The notes under the pieces were generated by a model. That model did no database searches, was not told the origin of the DNA, and saw only the letters and a program-made list of their open reading frames with translations. Below are positions 10,101 to 17,833 of a stretch of DNA of 36,296 bases, one piece after another. A program made the translations under genes and the position numbers. The DNA comes from Clostridia bacterium (GTDB lineage Bacteria > Bacillota > Clostridia > Monoglobales > Firm-18): NCBI GenBank assembly GCA_045538345.1, contig JAZSRE010000046.1, positions 1-36,296 of the forward strand, given 5' to 3'. Positions within the stretch are counted from its first letter, which is position 1; every line of letters starts with the position of its first letter.

Positions 10101-11340
10101 AGACCGCCTTGTTGCAGGATGCACGGGTGTAAAGCGTACAACAGGGCAGCATCCTGGCGGTATTATAGTTGTGCCAAAGAAAAATGATGTTCACGAATTT
10201 TCACCAATTCAGCATCCTGCTGATGATATGACAACGGATATTGTAACTTTGCATTTTGATTATCATTCAATTGACCAAAACCTTTTGAAGCTTGATATTC
10301 TGGGCCACGATGACCCTACAGCTATTAGAATGCTTGAGGATTTGACTGGCATAGATGCCAAGAAAATTCCTCTTGACGACAAGGATACAATGAGCTTGTT
10401 TACAGGTACTGATGCTTTGGGTGTAACACCTGAAGAAATTGGTTCAACCGTCGGCACTTTCGGTGTGCCGGAATTTGGTACAAAGTTTGTACGCCAGATG
10501 CTTGTGGATACGAAGCCAACCACATTTACAGAGTTGGTACGTATTTCAGGACTTTCCCATGGTACTGACGTTTGGCTTAACAATGCTCAAACACTTATTC
10601 AGGAAGGTACAACCACTCTTTCTCAGGCGATTTGTACTCGAGATGATATTATGGTTTACCTTATATACTGTGGCGTAGAAAAATCTCTTTCCTTTAAAAT
10701 AATGGAAAGTGTGCGTAAAGGTAAGGGGCTTACCCCTGAATTTGAAGAAGCAATGCGTGAACAAAATGTGCCTGAATGGTATATAGATTCCTGCAAAAAA
10801 ATTAAATATATGTTCCCTAAAGCACACGCTGTTGCTTATGTAACAATGGCTTTTCGAATTGCCTGGTTTAAAGTTAACAAGCCCAAGGAATATTATGCAA
10901 CATTCTTTAGTGTGAGAGCTGATGATTTTGACATAGAAATTATGGCAACGGAAGGCCTTGCAAAGCAAAATCGCAAAATGATAGAGGATATGGGAAATGA
11001 CGCCAATGTAAAACAAAAGGGTGTACTTACCATACTTGAGCTTGTTTGTGAAATGTTTGCAAGGGGAATAAAATTCCTGCCTATTGATTTGTACAAATCT
11101 GATGCCACAAAGTTCAAGGTGATTGGTGATAATTTATTACCACCTCTTAATTCTATTCCTGGACTTGGAGAAAATGCGGCAAAGGCGCTTGTTTCTGCAA
11201 GAGAGGAAGAGGCTTTTTGTTCTATTGACGACCTTCGTTCAAGGGGTAAAGTTTCAAAAACTATTATTGATAAAATGAAAGATATGGGCATTCTTGAAGG
11301 GTTGCCCGAAAGCAGTCAAATATCACTGTTCGATTTATAA
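7117..11340 (+). CDS. polC: DNA polymerase III alpha subunit, PolC type
   Basis: 1407 aa. PHP domain (VELHMHTKMSTMDA), an inserted DEDDh exonuclease (FVVFDIETTGLS...HNAGFD...HRACDDA), a zinc-finger CPKC...CPHCG, and the polymerase core. 1-nt overlap with the ispG stop. Confidence 0.97.
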   Translation: MRYLSDIFKLVDNEILKHSQAVSVSVYQENRAMEIVAKCVKMVRRESAKNLEQQILKAYNLKDICLEFVYDKEIFNANSIKTVAGYVTEYPQLVPVLNNAEIKLDGNVLSIDCLGGAIVDEEAKILLAEKVKKMFDIDIEIKFIQTKTEEEIEEKFELEKQEILENIEKARQTLEETKKKSPVIYGREIKGTPDIEIGDITELSGRVIIDGYLFKKSPDIRETRNGAHIVTFSITDDKNAINCKIFTDDNNAFAILENRLKKGTALRVRGLAQVDKYARELLINVSDINTIEWEKRTDEAEEKRVELHMHTKMSTMDAMTDAEVLVNQAIKWGHKAVAITDHGDVQAFPEAYHASNWGKDIKILYGVECYLVNDSTNAVVNPCEKGLDSEFVVFDIETTGLSPLTEAITEIGAVKIKNGQIVDSFNTFVNPMKPIPQKIVELTGITDAMVENAQPISVVLPQFYEFIGDATLVAHNAGFDTSFIKNAAKENGMDFSFCYIDTLELSRSLVNGVKNYKLDTLTKYFNVKLENHHRACDDAMATAHVFLKLVGILKEKEVEKVSDINNALEGSTDVKSLKTYHAIILVQTQEGMQNLYKIVSASHLDYFYRRPRVPKSLIQKYRKGLIIGSACEAGELYQEILKNPYNIDRDEVNKIVDFYDYLEIQPLGNNGFMLRENMVENEETLKHINKAIIEIGKENGKLTVATCDVHFMNAHDSIYRAILQAGQGFADADNQAPLYFRTTEEMLDEFAYLGKDLAYEVVVTNTNKIADSIDNLKPVPDEKAPPEIPGSDDELRKLTYDKAKSIYGDDLPEIVKDRVDIELESIISNGYSVLYIIAQKLVKKSNDDGYLVGSRGSVGSSLVAFMSGITEVNSLPPHYVCPKCKHNEFFADGSVGCGFDLPDKNCPHCGESMIKDGHDIPFQTFLGFKGDKEPDIDLNFSGEYQPVAHKYVEELFGEGHVFRAGTIGTVAEKTAYGFVKKYYDEKGIIPTNAQIDRLVAGCTGVKRTTGQHPGGIIVVPKKNDVHEFSPIQHPADDMTTDIVTLHFDYHSIDQNLLKLDILGHDDPTAIRMLEDLTGIDAKKIPLDDKDTMSLFTGTDALGVTPEEIGSTVGTFGVPEFGTKFVRQMLVDTKPTTFTELVRISGLSHGTDVWLNNAQTLIQEGTTTLSQAICTRDDIMVYLIYCGVEKSLSFKIMESVRKGKGLTPEFEEAMREQNVPEWYIDSCKKIKYMFPKAHAVAYVTMAFRIAWFKVNKPKEYYATFFSVRADDFDIEIMATEGLAKQNRKMIEDMGNDANVKQKGVLTILELVCEMFARGIKFLPIDLYKSDATKFKVIGDNLLPPLNSIPGLGENAAKALVSAREEEAFCSIDDLRSRGKVSKTIIDKMKDMGILEGLPESSQISLFDL

Positions 11341-11354
11341 TCGAACAGTGATAT
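11320..11354 (+). other. Perfect 14-bp stem-loop with the polC stop codon in its loop
   Basis: ATATCACTGTTCGA (11320-11333), loop TTTATAA (contains TAA), then TCGAACAGTGATAT (11341-11354). No U-tract follows. Confidence 0.5.
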
Positions 11355-11376
11355 AGTTATAAAAGGATTGTTTGAA

Positions 11377-11952
11377 ATGGATGAAAAAATAAAAATCAAG
11401 GAAGCTATAATTGTAGAAGGCAAATATGATAAGATAAAGATTTCACGCCTTTTTGATACACTTATACTCGCTACAAATGGCTTTGATATTTACAAAAACA
11501 AAAGCAAACTTAATTTGCTAAAGCAAGTGGCTGAAAAAAACGGTGTAATAATCCTTACTGACAGTGATAGTGCAGGCTTTCGTATACGTAACCACATTCG
11601 TAACTGTCTTGGGGATATACCTGTAAAAAATGCGTATATTCCTGAAATAGAAGGAAAGGAAAAACGTAAGGATACCCCATCTAAAGAGGGCTTTTTGGGA
11701 GTAGAAGGTGTTGATGATGAAATAATTGTTAATGCAGTTATGTCCCAGACCTGTGAAATTGAAGGTTGCGGAGAAAAGATAACCAAGACAGATTTTTTTG
11801 AGCTGGGTTTTACGGGAAAGGATGATAGTAGAGCAAAAAGGGCAAAGTTATGCAAAAAGCTCGGTTTGCCTGTTAAAATTTCGTCAAATCAACTTCTTTC
11901 GGTTATTAACAATCTTTATACAAAAGAAGAATTTTACAATATTGAGCTATAA
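11377..11952 (+). CDS. Toprim domain protein (DUF4093 / RNase M5-like)
   Basis: EAIIVEGKYDKIK...VIILTDSDSAGFRIRNHI is a Toprim E...DxD pattern like RnmV/DUF4093. ATG 11377 has AAAAGGA 9 nt upstream; the ORF-track TTG at 11368 is the alternative. Confidence 0.7.
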   Translation: MDEKIKIKEAIIVEGKYDKIKISRLFDTLILATNGFDIYKNKSKLNLLKQVAEKNGVIILTDSDSAGFRIRNHIRNCLGDIPVKNAYIPEIEGKEKRKDTPSKEGFLGVEGVDDEIIVNAVMSQTCEIEGCGEKITKTDFFELGFTGKDDSRAKRAKLCKKLGLPVKISSNQLLSVINNLYTKEEFYNIEL

Positions 11953-12002
11953 AAAATCATCTTATTAAAAAATTTTTTTAAATTTTTTTAATAGAATACC
12001 TT

Positions 12003-12055
12003 GTGGGTGTTTAGTTATGTAAACCACTACATATACTAAATACCCACATTTTTTT
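12003..12055 (+). terminator. Rho-independent terminator after the Toprim gene
   Basis: 13-bp stem GTGGGTGTTTAGT / ACTAAATACCCAC (one G-U pair), followed by ATTTTTTT. Confidence 0.55.
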
Positions 12056-12090
12056 GTATTTTTCCAAGATTCTACATAATTTATTAAGGG

Positions 12091-12119
12091 TTGACAAAGA
12101 AATTTTGCTGTGCTATAAT
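12091..12119 (+). promoter_or_regulatory. Strong sigmaA promoter (TTGACA-17-TGcTATAAT)
   Basis: Consensus -35 at 12091-12096, a 17-nt spacer, and an extended -10 with TATAAT at 12114-12119. About 170 nt upstream of the next ATG. Confidence 0.6.
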
Positions 12120-12292
12120 ACCCAAGACTTATTTTAACGACATACTAAGTTACACTAACCAGGCATTATATGTAGGGAATAAAATTCCTTAAATTGTATA
12201 TAATGTCAATGGGGCTGTAAATTTTAAACAGCTTCAGAAAAGGAACATGTCAACGCAAAAATCTATATGTTCCGAACAATAAGGAGGTAAAT

Positions 12293-13324
12293 ATGCGACT
12301 GAGAGACAAAGTCGTAGAGTACTCCCACAACGCCAGAATTGTCGCCTTGACAATATTTATGGCATTTATGTTGGTTCAGTTTGTGTGTGGGGTAGTTTAC
12401 GCAATGTCAAAACAGGTTAGCATTGTGGACGACAAGGGAGAAGAAATAAGCTTTATTACGTACGCAAGTAACACTGCTGAAGTTTTGGCGGAAAAAAATG
12501 TAACATTAGGGGAATATGATGAAACATCAATTCCTATGGACTCAAAGGTTAAAGACGGCGATGTAATTTATGTTTACCGTGCAGACACCGTAAAATTTGT
12601 CGACGGCAAGGAAACTTCTGTTATGATAACGGCAATGCCTGATGTTGAGTCTTTCCTTGAAAGCAGGGGAATTGACCCGCATGGTTCAATTTTAACTAAT
12701 GTTGCACTTGAAGAAAAAATTGTAGAAAACATGGAAATTTGTGTTATCTACGTAGAAGAAAAAATGGTAAACGCTGAGGAAGTTATTAAATATAACACTC
12801 AAAGAATTGCAAATAGTAAGATGTCTCCGGGAACAACTAAGGTTGTTAAGGAGGGGGCTGATGGTCTGGCAGACCGAGTTTATCGTGAATATTATGAAAA
12901 TGGTGAACTTATAAGCCGTGACGTAGTTAAGGAAACTGTTAAGGTAGCAGCCGTAGATTCTGTTGTAGAATACGGGCCTGTACCTACTCAGAAAATTGCT
13001 TACAGCAATACAAATGTTTCCCGTGCATCTCAGTACAGATATTCAAAATGTATTGATGTTGTTGCTACTGCATATTGTTCAGGCACTACCACCGCTACCG
13101 GCATGAAGGTACGTTATGGTGTAGTTGCGGTTGACCCAAGGGTTATACCGCTTGGCACAAGGCTTTATGTTGAAGCTGCAAATGGCACATGGGTATATGG
13201 TACTGCTATTGCCGCAGATACAGGCGGTGCTGTAAAAGGAAACATTATTGATTTGTATGTCGGTTCCTACGCCGAAGCTATTAATTTCGGGCGTAGAAAA
13301 GCAAAGGTATATATTTTAGAATAA
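12293..13324 (+). CDS. YabE-like cell-wall protein (N-terminal TM, DUF348, G5 domain, C-terminal 3D domain)
   Basis: A hydrophobic anchor (IVALTIFMAFMLVQFVCGVVYA), G5-like VKEGADGLADRVYREYYENGELISRDV, and a 3D-domain tail ATAYC...VAVDPRVIPLGTRLYVE...AADTGGAVKGNIIDLY. AGGAGG RBS. Confidence 0.85.
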   Translation: MRLRDKVVEYSHNARIVALTIFMAFMLVQFVCGVVYAMSKQVSIVDDKGEEISFITYASNTAEVLAEKNVTLGEYDETSIPMDSKVKDGDVIYVYRADTVKFVDGKETSVMITAMPDVESFLESRGIDPHGSILTNVALEEKIVENMEICVIYVEEKMVNAEEVIKYNTQRIANSKMSPGTTKVVKEGADGLADRVYREYYENGELISRDVVKETVKVAAVDSVVEYGPVPTQKIAYSNTNVSRASQYRYSKCIDVVATAYCSGTTTATGMKVRYGVVAVDPRVIPLGTRLYVEAANGTWVYGTAIAADTGGAVKGNIIDLYVGSYAEAINFGRRKAKVYILE

Positions 13325-13328
13325 GTAG

Positions 13329-13361
13329 AAAAAACCAATGTGGTAACACATTGGTTTTTTT
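13329..13361 (+). terminator. Rho-independent terminator
   Basis: ACCAATGTG-GTAA-CACATTGGT stem-loop flanked by an A-run and followed by TTTTTTT. Confidence 0.75.
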
Positions 13362-13362
13362 A

Positions 13363-13391
13363 TTGCATTTTAAAATCTGCTATGATATAAT
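13363..13391 (+). promoter_or_regulatory. Putative sigmaA promoter of the lyase gene (TTGCAT-17-TGaTATAAT)
   Basis: TTGCAT 13363-13368, 17-nt spacer, extended -10 with TATAAT at 13386-13391. Confidence 0.5.
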
Positions 13392-13439
13392 CAGTATAAA
13401 TAGTGAAAATTCGGAAAAATCAATATAGAGGTTTTTAAA

Positions 13440-15464
13440 ATGGGTATTATTCTTACGGAAAAAAGAAAGGCAGAAATTAAAGAGCAAATTAAAACGGATA
13501 AGAGATTTGCACAGCTATGGGAAGGTTATGTAGCAAGGGTGAAAACATACACCGGTAAAGAAAAAAATGAAATTGCGCCTATGTATGACCGTACAAAGTG
13601 GTGGCACTATATATGGGAACGTGTTGGAGATGCAGCATTTGTATATGCAATTACGGGTGATGAAAAAATAGGCAGCTATGTTCATGATGTAACTATGGAA
13701 ATGTATACACCTAAAAAATTTGCAGAATGGATTGGTCCGTGGTTTAGAAAAATCCAGGATCCGCCTGTGGGTATGCTTGAAACAGCACATATTTCCTGTG
13801 CTATTTGTGCAGCTTATGATATGTGCCCCGAACTATTTAATGATGAAGAAAAGGAAACTATCTTAAACTCACTTAAGGAAAGAATATTGCCTTGGTGTAA
13901 GAGATATACACAAAGACTTAATAGTTTCTATAACTGGAAAATGGTTCTCTACAATGGGTATACAACTGCAGCTTGTATTCTTGGAGATAAAGAGGCTATT
14001 GAATATGCATTAGAATATTTTAAACTTGCAATAAGGGCATATAATAAGGACTCTTATGGAGAATCTGTACAGTATTCAAACTATGCGAGTTTTAACCTTT
14101 TGCACGCGTATGAAATGCTTGTTGCATATAACTCTGAACTTGCAGGGGAACTTGATTCATCATTTGAGGCAAATCTTATGAAGTGGTATGCAGCAAGTTT
14201 TATGTATATGAAGCCTATGAACGACCCTGATTGGGGTGATAAAGAATATCCAAGAACAATAAATTTTGGGGATAGTACGGTTATGTTCCGTCCAACAGGG
14301 GACGTATTGATGCATGTTGCAAAAAGATTTGCCAATACTCGAAAGGTGGACGCAGGTATTGCAATGTGGCTTTTTGAAACTACATATAAGGAAGATTTAC
14401 CTCCTTATGATAGATCTACTTTCGGATTTTTCAACCAGTATCATTATCATACATTTATCAATTATGTTTCCGCTGAAGAGGTTAAACCTATTTCTCCGAA
14501 GGAAGCAGGAATGCCTTTGGTAAATTCTTTTGAAACAGGAACAATAGTATATCGTAATGACTGGGATAATCAAAAGCTTGTGATTGGTATTCAGGGAGGA
14601 TATGTTCCTAATCAAGCAGCCGTACATAGACATCAGGATCAAAACAGCTTTATTCTTTCGTTTAATAAGGAAAGAGTACTTGCAGACCCTGGACATTGTT
14701 GTTACAGACTTTACAGTGCTGATTTTGCTGCCTCGGATGATTCTCATAACACATGGACATTTGAAAGGGAAAATGGCGAGATTATTCACCAGACAGTAAT
14801 TTGCAGAAGTTTTATAAGCGAAGAAGGCCCTATGCCTTCAATGAACAAGCTTGAAAGATGCGAAGTTGTTGATAACTTGTTTATATGCCAAAGTGACTGT
14901 GCAAAAGTATATGGGGATGATATTGAAAAGGCACAAAGAACATGGCTTGTGTTTGGCGATAATTCTGCATTTATAGTAGATAGAATAAAGTCGAAAGTCC
15001 CTGTTAAGCCAATTACTCATTTCGTTTTTAACAACAGAGGGGAAGATGGTGTCACTGATGAACGAATATTCTATGGAAAAAGAGTTGTTTTCAGAAGAAA
15101 TGGAGTGGGAGTTAAATTCTTGCCAATGGATGTTGAGGGTTATGAAAACGAAATGAAAATGAATTGGGGATTTATGCACGATTGTTATCATCCCGAACCA
15201 AACAGACTGGGACAAGGCAAAGAAGGAAGTGCCTTGATATATGATTATAAGCCTACAGATTTTGTAAAGGAATATGTTGCAGTTTATGCCATAGTTTTTG
15301 ACACTGCAAAAGATATTGGACATTGGCACACCCCTGATGTTGGTACAAATACATATTACATAGAACCGGGAGATAAAAATGGCGGTTACAAACTTTCTAT
15401 TGAGCCGGATGGCTCTCTTAAGGCGATGGATTTGTACATAAATAAGGAATATGTAATTGAGTAA
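13440..15464 (+). CDS. Heparinase II/III-like polysaccharide/oligosaccharide lyase, no signal peptide
   Basis: 674 aa. The N-terminal half looks like an alpha/alpha toroid. The C-terminal half has the heparinase II/III-type motif VHRHQDQNSFILSF...LADPG. The N-terminus MGIILTEKRKAEIKEQ is hydrophilic, so the protein is probably cytoplasmic. Confidence 0.75.
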   Translation: MGIILTEKRKAEIKEQIKTDKRFAQLWEGYVARVKTYTGKEKNEIAPMYDRTKWWHYIWERVGDAAFVYAITGDEKIGSYVHDVTMEMYTPKKFAEWIGPWFRKIQDPPVGMLETAHISCAICAAYDMCPELFNDEEKETILNSLKERILPWCKRYTQRLNSFYNWKMVLYNGYTTAACILGDKEAIEYALEYFKLAIRAYNKDSYGESVQYSNYASFNLLHAYEMLVAYNSELAGELDSSFEANLMKWYAASFMYMKPMNDPDWGDKEYPRTINFGDSTVMFRPTGDVLMHVAKRFANTRKVDAGIAMWLFETTYKEDLPPYDRSTFGFFNQYHYHTFINYVSAEEVKPISPKEAGMPLVNSFETGTIVYRNDWDNQKLVIGIQGGYVPNQAAVHRHQDQNSFILSFNKERVLADPGHCCYRLYSADFAASDDSHNTWTFERENGEIIHQTVICRSFISEEGPMPSMNKLERCEVVDNLFICQSDCAKVYGDDIEKAQRTWLVFGDNSAFIVDRIKSKVPVKPITHFVFNNRGEDGVTDERIFYGKRVVFRRNGVGVKFLPMDVEGYENEMKMNWGFMHDCYHPEPNRLGQGKEGSALIYDYKPTDFVKEYVAVYAIVFDTAKDIGHWHTPDVGTNTYYIEPGDKNGGYKLSIEPDGSLKAMDLYINKEYVIE

Positions 15465-15478
15465 AACTTGAAAGGTAG

Positions 15479-17626
15479 TTGCTGTTGAAAAACTTAGATT
15501 ATTTTAAAAAAGCATCTCATAATTTCGGGATATTTATGATTTTTATACTTGTTCTGTGCATTTTGCTTATACCGTTTTATTCTGGATTTCTTTCTTTTGT
15601 TAAGGAGAATGCGATAAAAACTTTTGACAGCAGAATTCAAGGAAATGTCAAATCTATAGAAAACGAAATAAATATTCAAATGAATGTACTAAAAAATATA
15701 TCAGAAGGACAGGACTTTAAAGTGCTTTCCAACCCACCGGCATACGGGGTAGATTTAAATTCTCCGCAATGGCTTGAAAGTCGCGAACAGGTGCGTGAAT
15801 CATATTCTGTTTTAAAGTCTGTTGTTGGTATTCAGGAAAAATCTGCAATACTGTTCAGAAACGGTAACCTACAGATTGATTCAAATGGAGCTATTGATAA
15901 TTTCCGTGCAAGCTATGATACCATGTGGAGATTTGTTTCCGATGGCGAAAAGTGTTCTGTGGATTATGCTTTGTCGCAACTTTTTTATAAAAGGCACGGA
16001 GGAAGTTTTGAGAGTAATCTGGGATATAGTAATATATCAAATGGGCAAACTTTTGAGCTTGTATATTTGTATACTGTATTTTCGGCACAAGATGATGTGG
16101 CAGATTGCGTTTTTATGTCATGCTATGATGCTGAAAATTTTATTGAAGGTATCAATCTTGAGGATGCATCATCTATTTTGATAACAACGCTTGATGGCAA
16201 AAAAATATACAATACAGGTAACCTGTATGATGTGGAAGCTTATGATTCCTGCTACCAAAGTGAAAATATTGGTATAAAAATATATTTCAGCATTTCCGAT
16301 AAATGCCTTAATAAAAATATGGAACCCGTTGTTCTGTTTTTGATGCTCGTAATGTTTATGTTCGTTTTGCTGGGATTTTTATTTACCATGGGATTTGCGT
16401 TTGTTGAAAGAAAAAACATTAACAAATTGCTTAGTGCAACAGACGGGGTTACGGATATTATATATTCCGAAGATGATGACCATATTGCATATCTTAATAC
16501 GGTGTTTTCTGAATTATATAAGCAAAATAAAAGATTTTTAGCCATGACAAAGAGCTTGTTGTATGCAAAACTTATATGTTTTGGCTTAAATGAAGAAGAA
16601 AAAGAGGCAATAAAAGAAGATTTTATTACTCCAAATTGTTTTATTATGCTAAAAAATACCGTATCCGAATATACAAATATCAAAAGTGATGCAGAAAGCT
16701 TCTTGAAAAAAAGAGGAATTTCTATAATTCAAAGCTTTAGTCTTAATAATTTTGAACACGTTTTCTTTGTTAAAATGACAAACATAGTTAAGGATACTGT
16801 TGAAGACATGGTGGTACAGATAAATAAGGAGCACCGTACTGATGTTCGTGCAGTTATGAGCATTTGTGATGATATTTCCGGTATGACCAATATGTTTGAC
16901 AGGACAAAAAGAACAATTCAATATCTTGAATATGGTAATGTAAAGATATTGAGAGAGTATAATAAAAGTGATGGCAGTGAAAACATAAGCACATTTTTAA
17001 CAAAAAGTAGACAGCTGTATGAAATAGTAAAAAGCGGAAATGAGTTTGAGGCAAAAAAGATTGTATATGAGCAGTGGTATAAAATGACACAGGATGAAGC
17101 AAATACGCAAGGTATAGAGACGTTGTTTTTTGCTCAGACATCAATACTTTCCCAAATAGCTGCCGAATGCAAACTAAATATAGCAATTCCTGTGTTTGAT
17201 ACAACAAAGGATGCAGTATCAATTGTTTTTGATATTACAGAGTGTATTGAACTTATTTGCGCAAAGCTTAAGGCTGATTCTAAAAAAGAGGATGTAAGAA
17301 GTAACCAGATAGTTGAATATATAGAACAAAGATATACGGACTCATCGTTCTATATGCCTGAGTTGGTAGGAAGGTTTGAACTTTCTGACCGTGCAATAGT
17401 ACAAATACTTAAAAAATCAACAGGAGATAATTTCTCCAACTACCTAAGTAAGCTTCGTCTTGCGAAGGCTCAGGAATTACTGCAAAACAGCAATATTCCT
17501 GTTTCTGAGGTTGCTGTATCATCCGGATTTGAATCTGCAAATTCTTTGTACAAAGCGTTTAAAAAGGTTTTTGGAGTTTCCCCTTCAGTATATAGGGAAA
17601 ATCGCAAAAAGTTATCCGACAAATAA
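15479..17626 (+). CDS. Membrane-spanning AraC/XylS-family transcriptional regulator (TM, ~240-aa extracytoplasmic domain, TM, cytoplasmic linker, 2x HTH)
   Basis: Hydrophobic segments FGIFMIFILVLCILLIPFYSGFLSF and VVLFLMLVMFMFVLLGFLFTMGFAF. C-terminal AraC HTH: ...LSKLRLAKAQELLQNSNIPVSEVAVSSGFESANSLYKAFKKVFGVSPSVYR. The start is uncertain: TTG 15479, or TTG 15485, which has better RBS spacing. Confidence 0.85.
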   Translation: MLLKNLDYFKKASHNFGIFMIFILVLCILLIPFYSGFLSFVKENAIKTFDSRIQGNVKSIENEINIQMNVLKNISEGQDFKVLSNPPAYGVDLNSPQWLESREQVRESYSVLKSVVGIQEKSAILFRNGNLQIDSNGAIDNFRASYDTMWRFVSDGEKCSVDYALSQLFYKRHGGSFESNLGYSNISNGQTFELVYLYTVFSAQDDVADCVFMSCYDAENFIEGINLEDASSILITTLDGKKIYNTGNLYDVEAYDSCYQSENIGIKIYFSISDKCLNKNMEPVVLFLMLVMFMFVLLGFLFTMGFAFVERKNINKLLSATDGVTDIIYSEDDDHIAYLNTVFSELYKQNKRFLAMTKSLLYAKLICFGLNEEEKEAIKEDFITPNCFIMLKNTVSEYTNIKSDAESFLKKRGISIIQSFSLNNFEHVFFVKMTNIVKDTVEDMVVQINKEHRTDVRAVMSICDDISGMTNMFDRTKRTIQYLEYGNVKILREYNKSDGSENISTFLTKSRQLYEIVKSGNEFEAKKIVYEQWYKMTQDEANTQGIETLFFAQTSILSQIAAECKLNIAIPVFDTTKDAVSIVFDITECIELICAKLKADSKKEDVRSNQIVEYIEQRYTDSSFYMPELVGRFELSDRAIVQILKKSTGDNFSNYLSKLRLAKAQELLQNSNIPVSEVAVSSGFESANSLYKAFKKVFGVSPSVYRENRKKLSDK

Positions 17627-17739
17627 CGACAAAAAATGTTTTGTTCGCATTTTTCACTATTCAAAGGAATAATCACGATAAATATAGGGATATAAAAGTG
17701 AAAAAATCAAAAAAGTCACTGCGAATTCGCAATTTTCAC

Positions 17740-17768
17740 TTTACAATTTGTTAATACTTTGTTATAAT
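17740..17768 (+). promoter_or_regulatory. sigmaA promoter of the ABC transporter operon (TTTACA-17-TGtTATAAT)
   Basis: TTTACA 17740-17745, 17-nt spacer, extended -10 with TATAAT at 17763-17768. Confidence 0.6.
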
Positions 17769-17833
17769 ATATACATGGTTTACCCCGCCTTTTTAGGGGC
17801 TGAATTTATAAATTTGGAAAGGATGGTTGTTTT

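Noticed and set aside
12120-12292. c-di-AMP (ydaO) riboswitch upstream of the G5/3D cell-wall gene.
   Set aside because: The context fits, but the conserved GC-rich cores (ACGGGG / CCCGA-type elements in pseudo-twofold arrangement) are absent. I kept it only as an unclassified structured leader.
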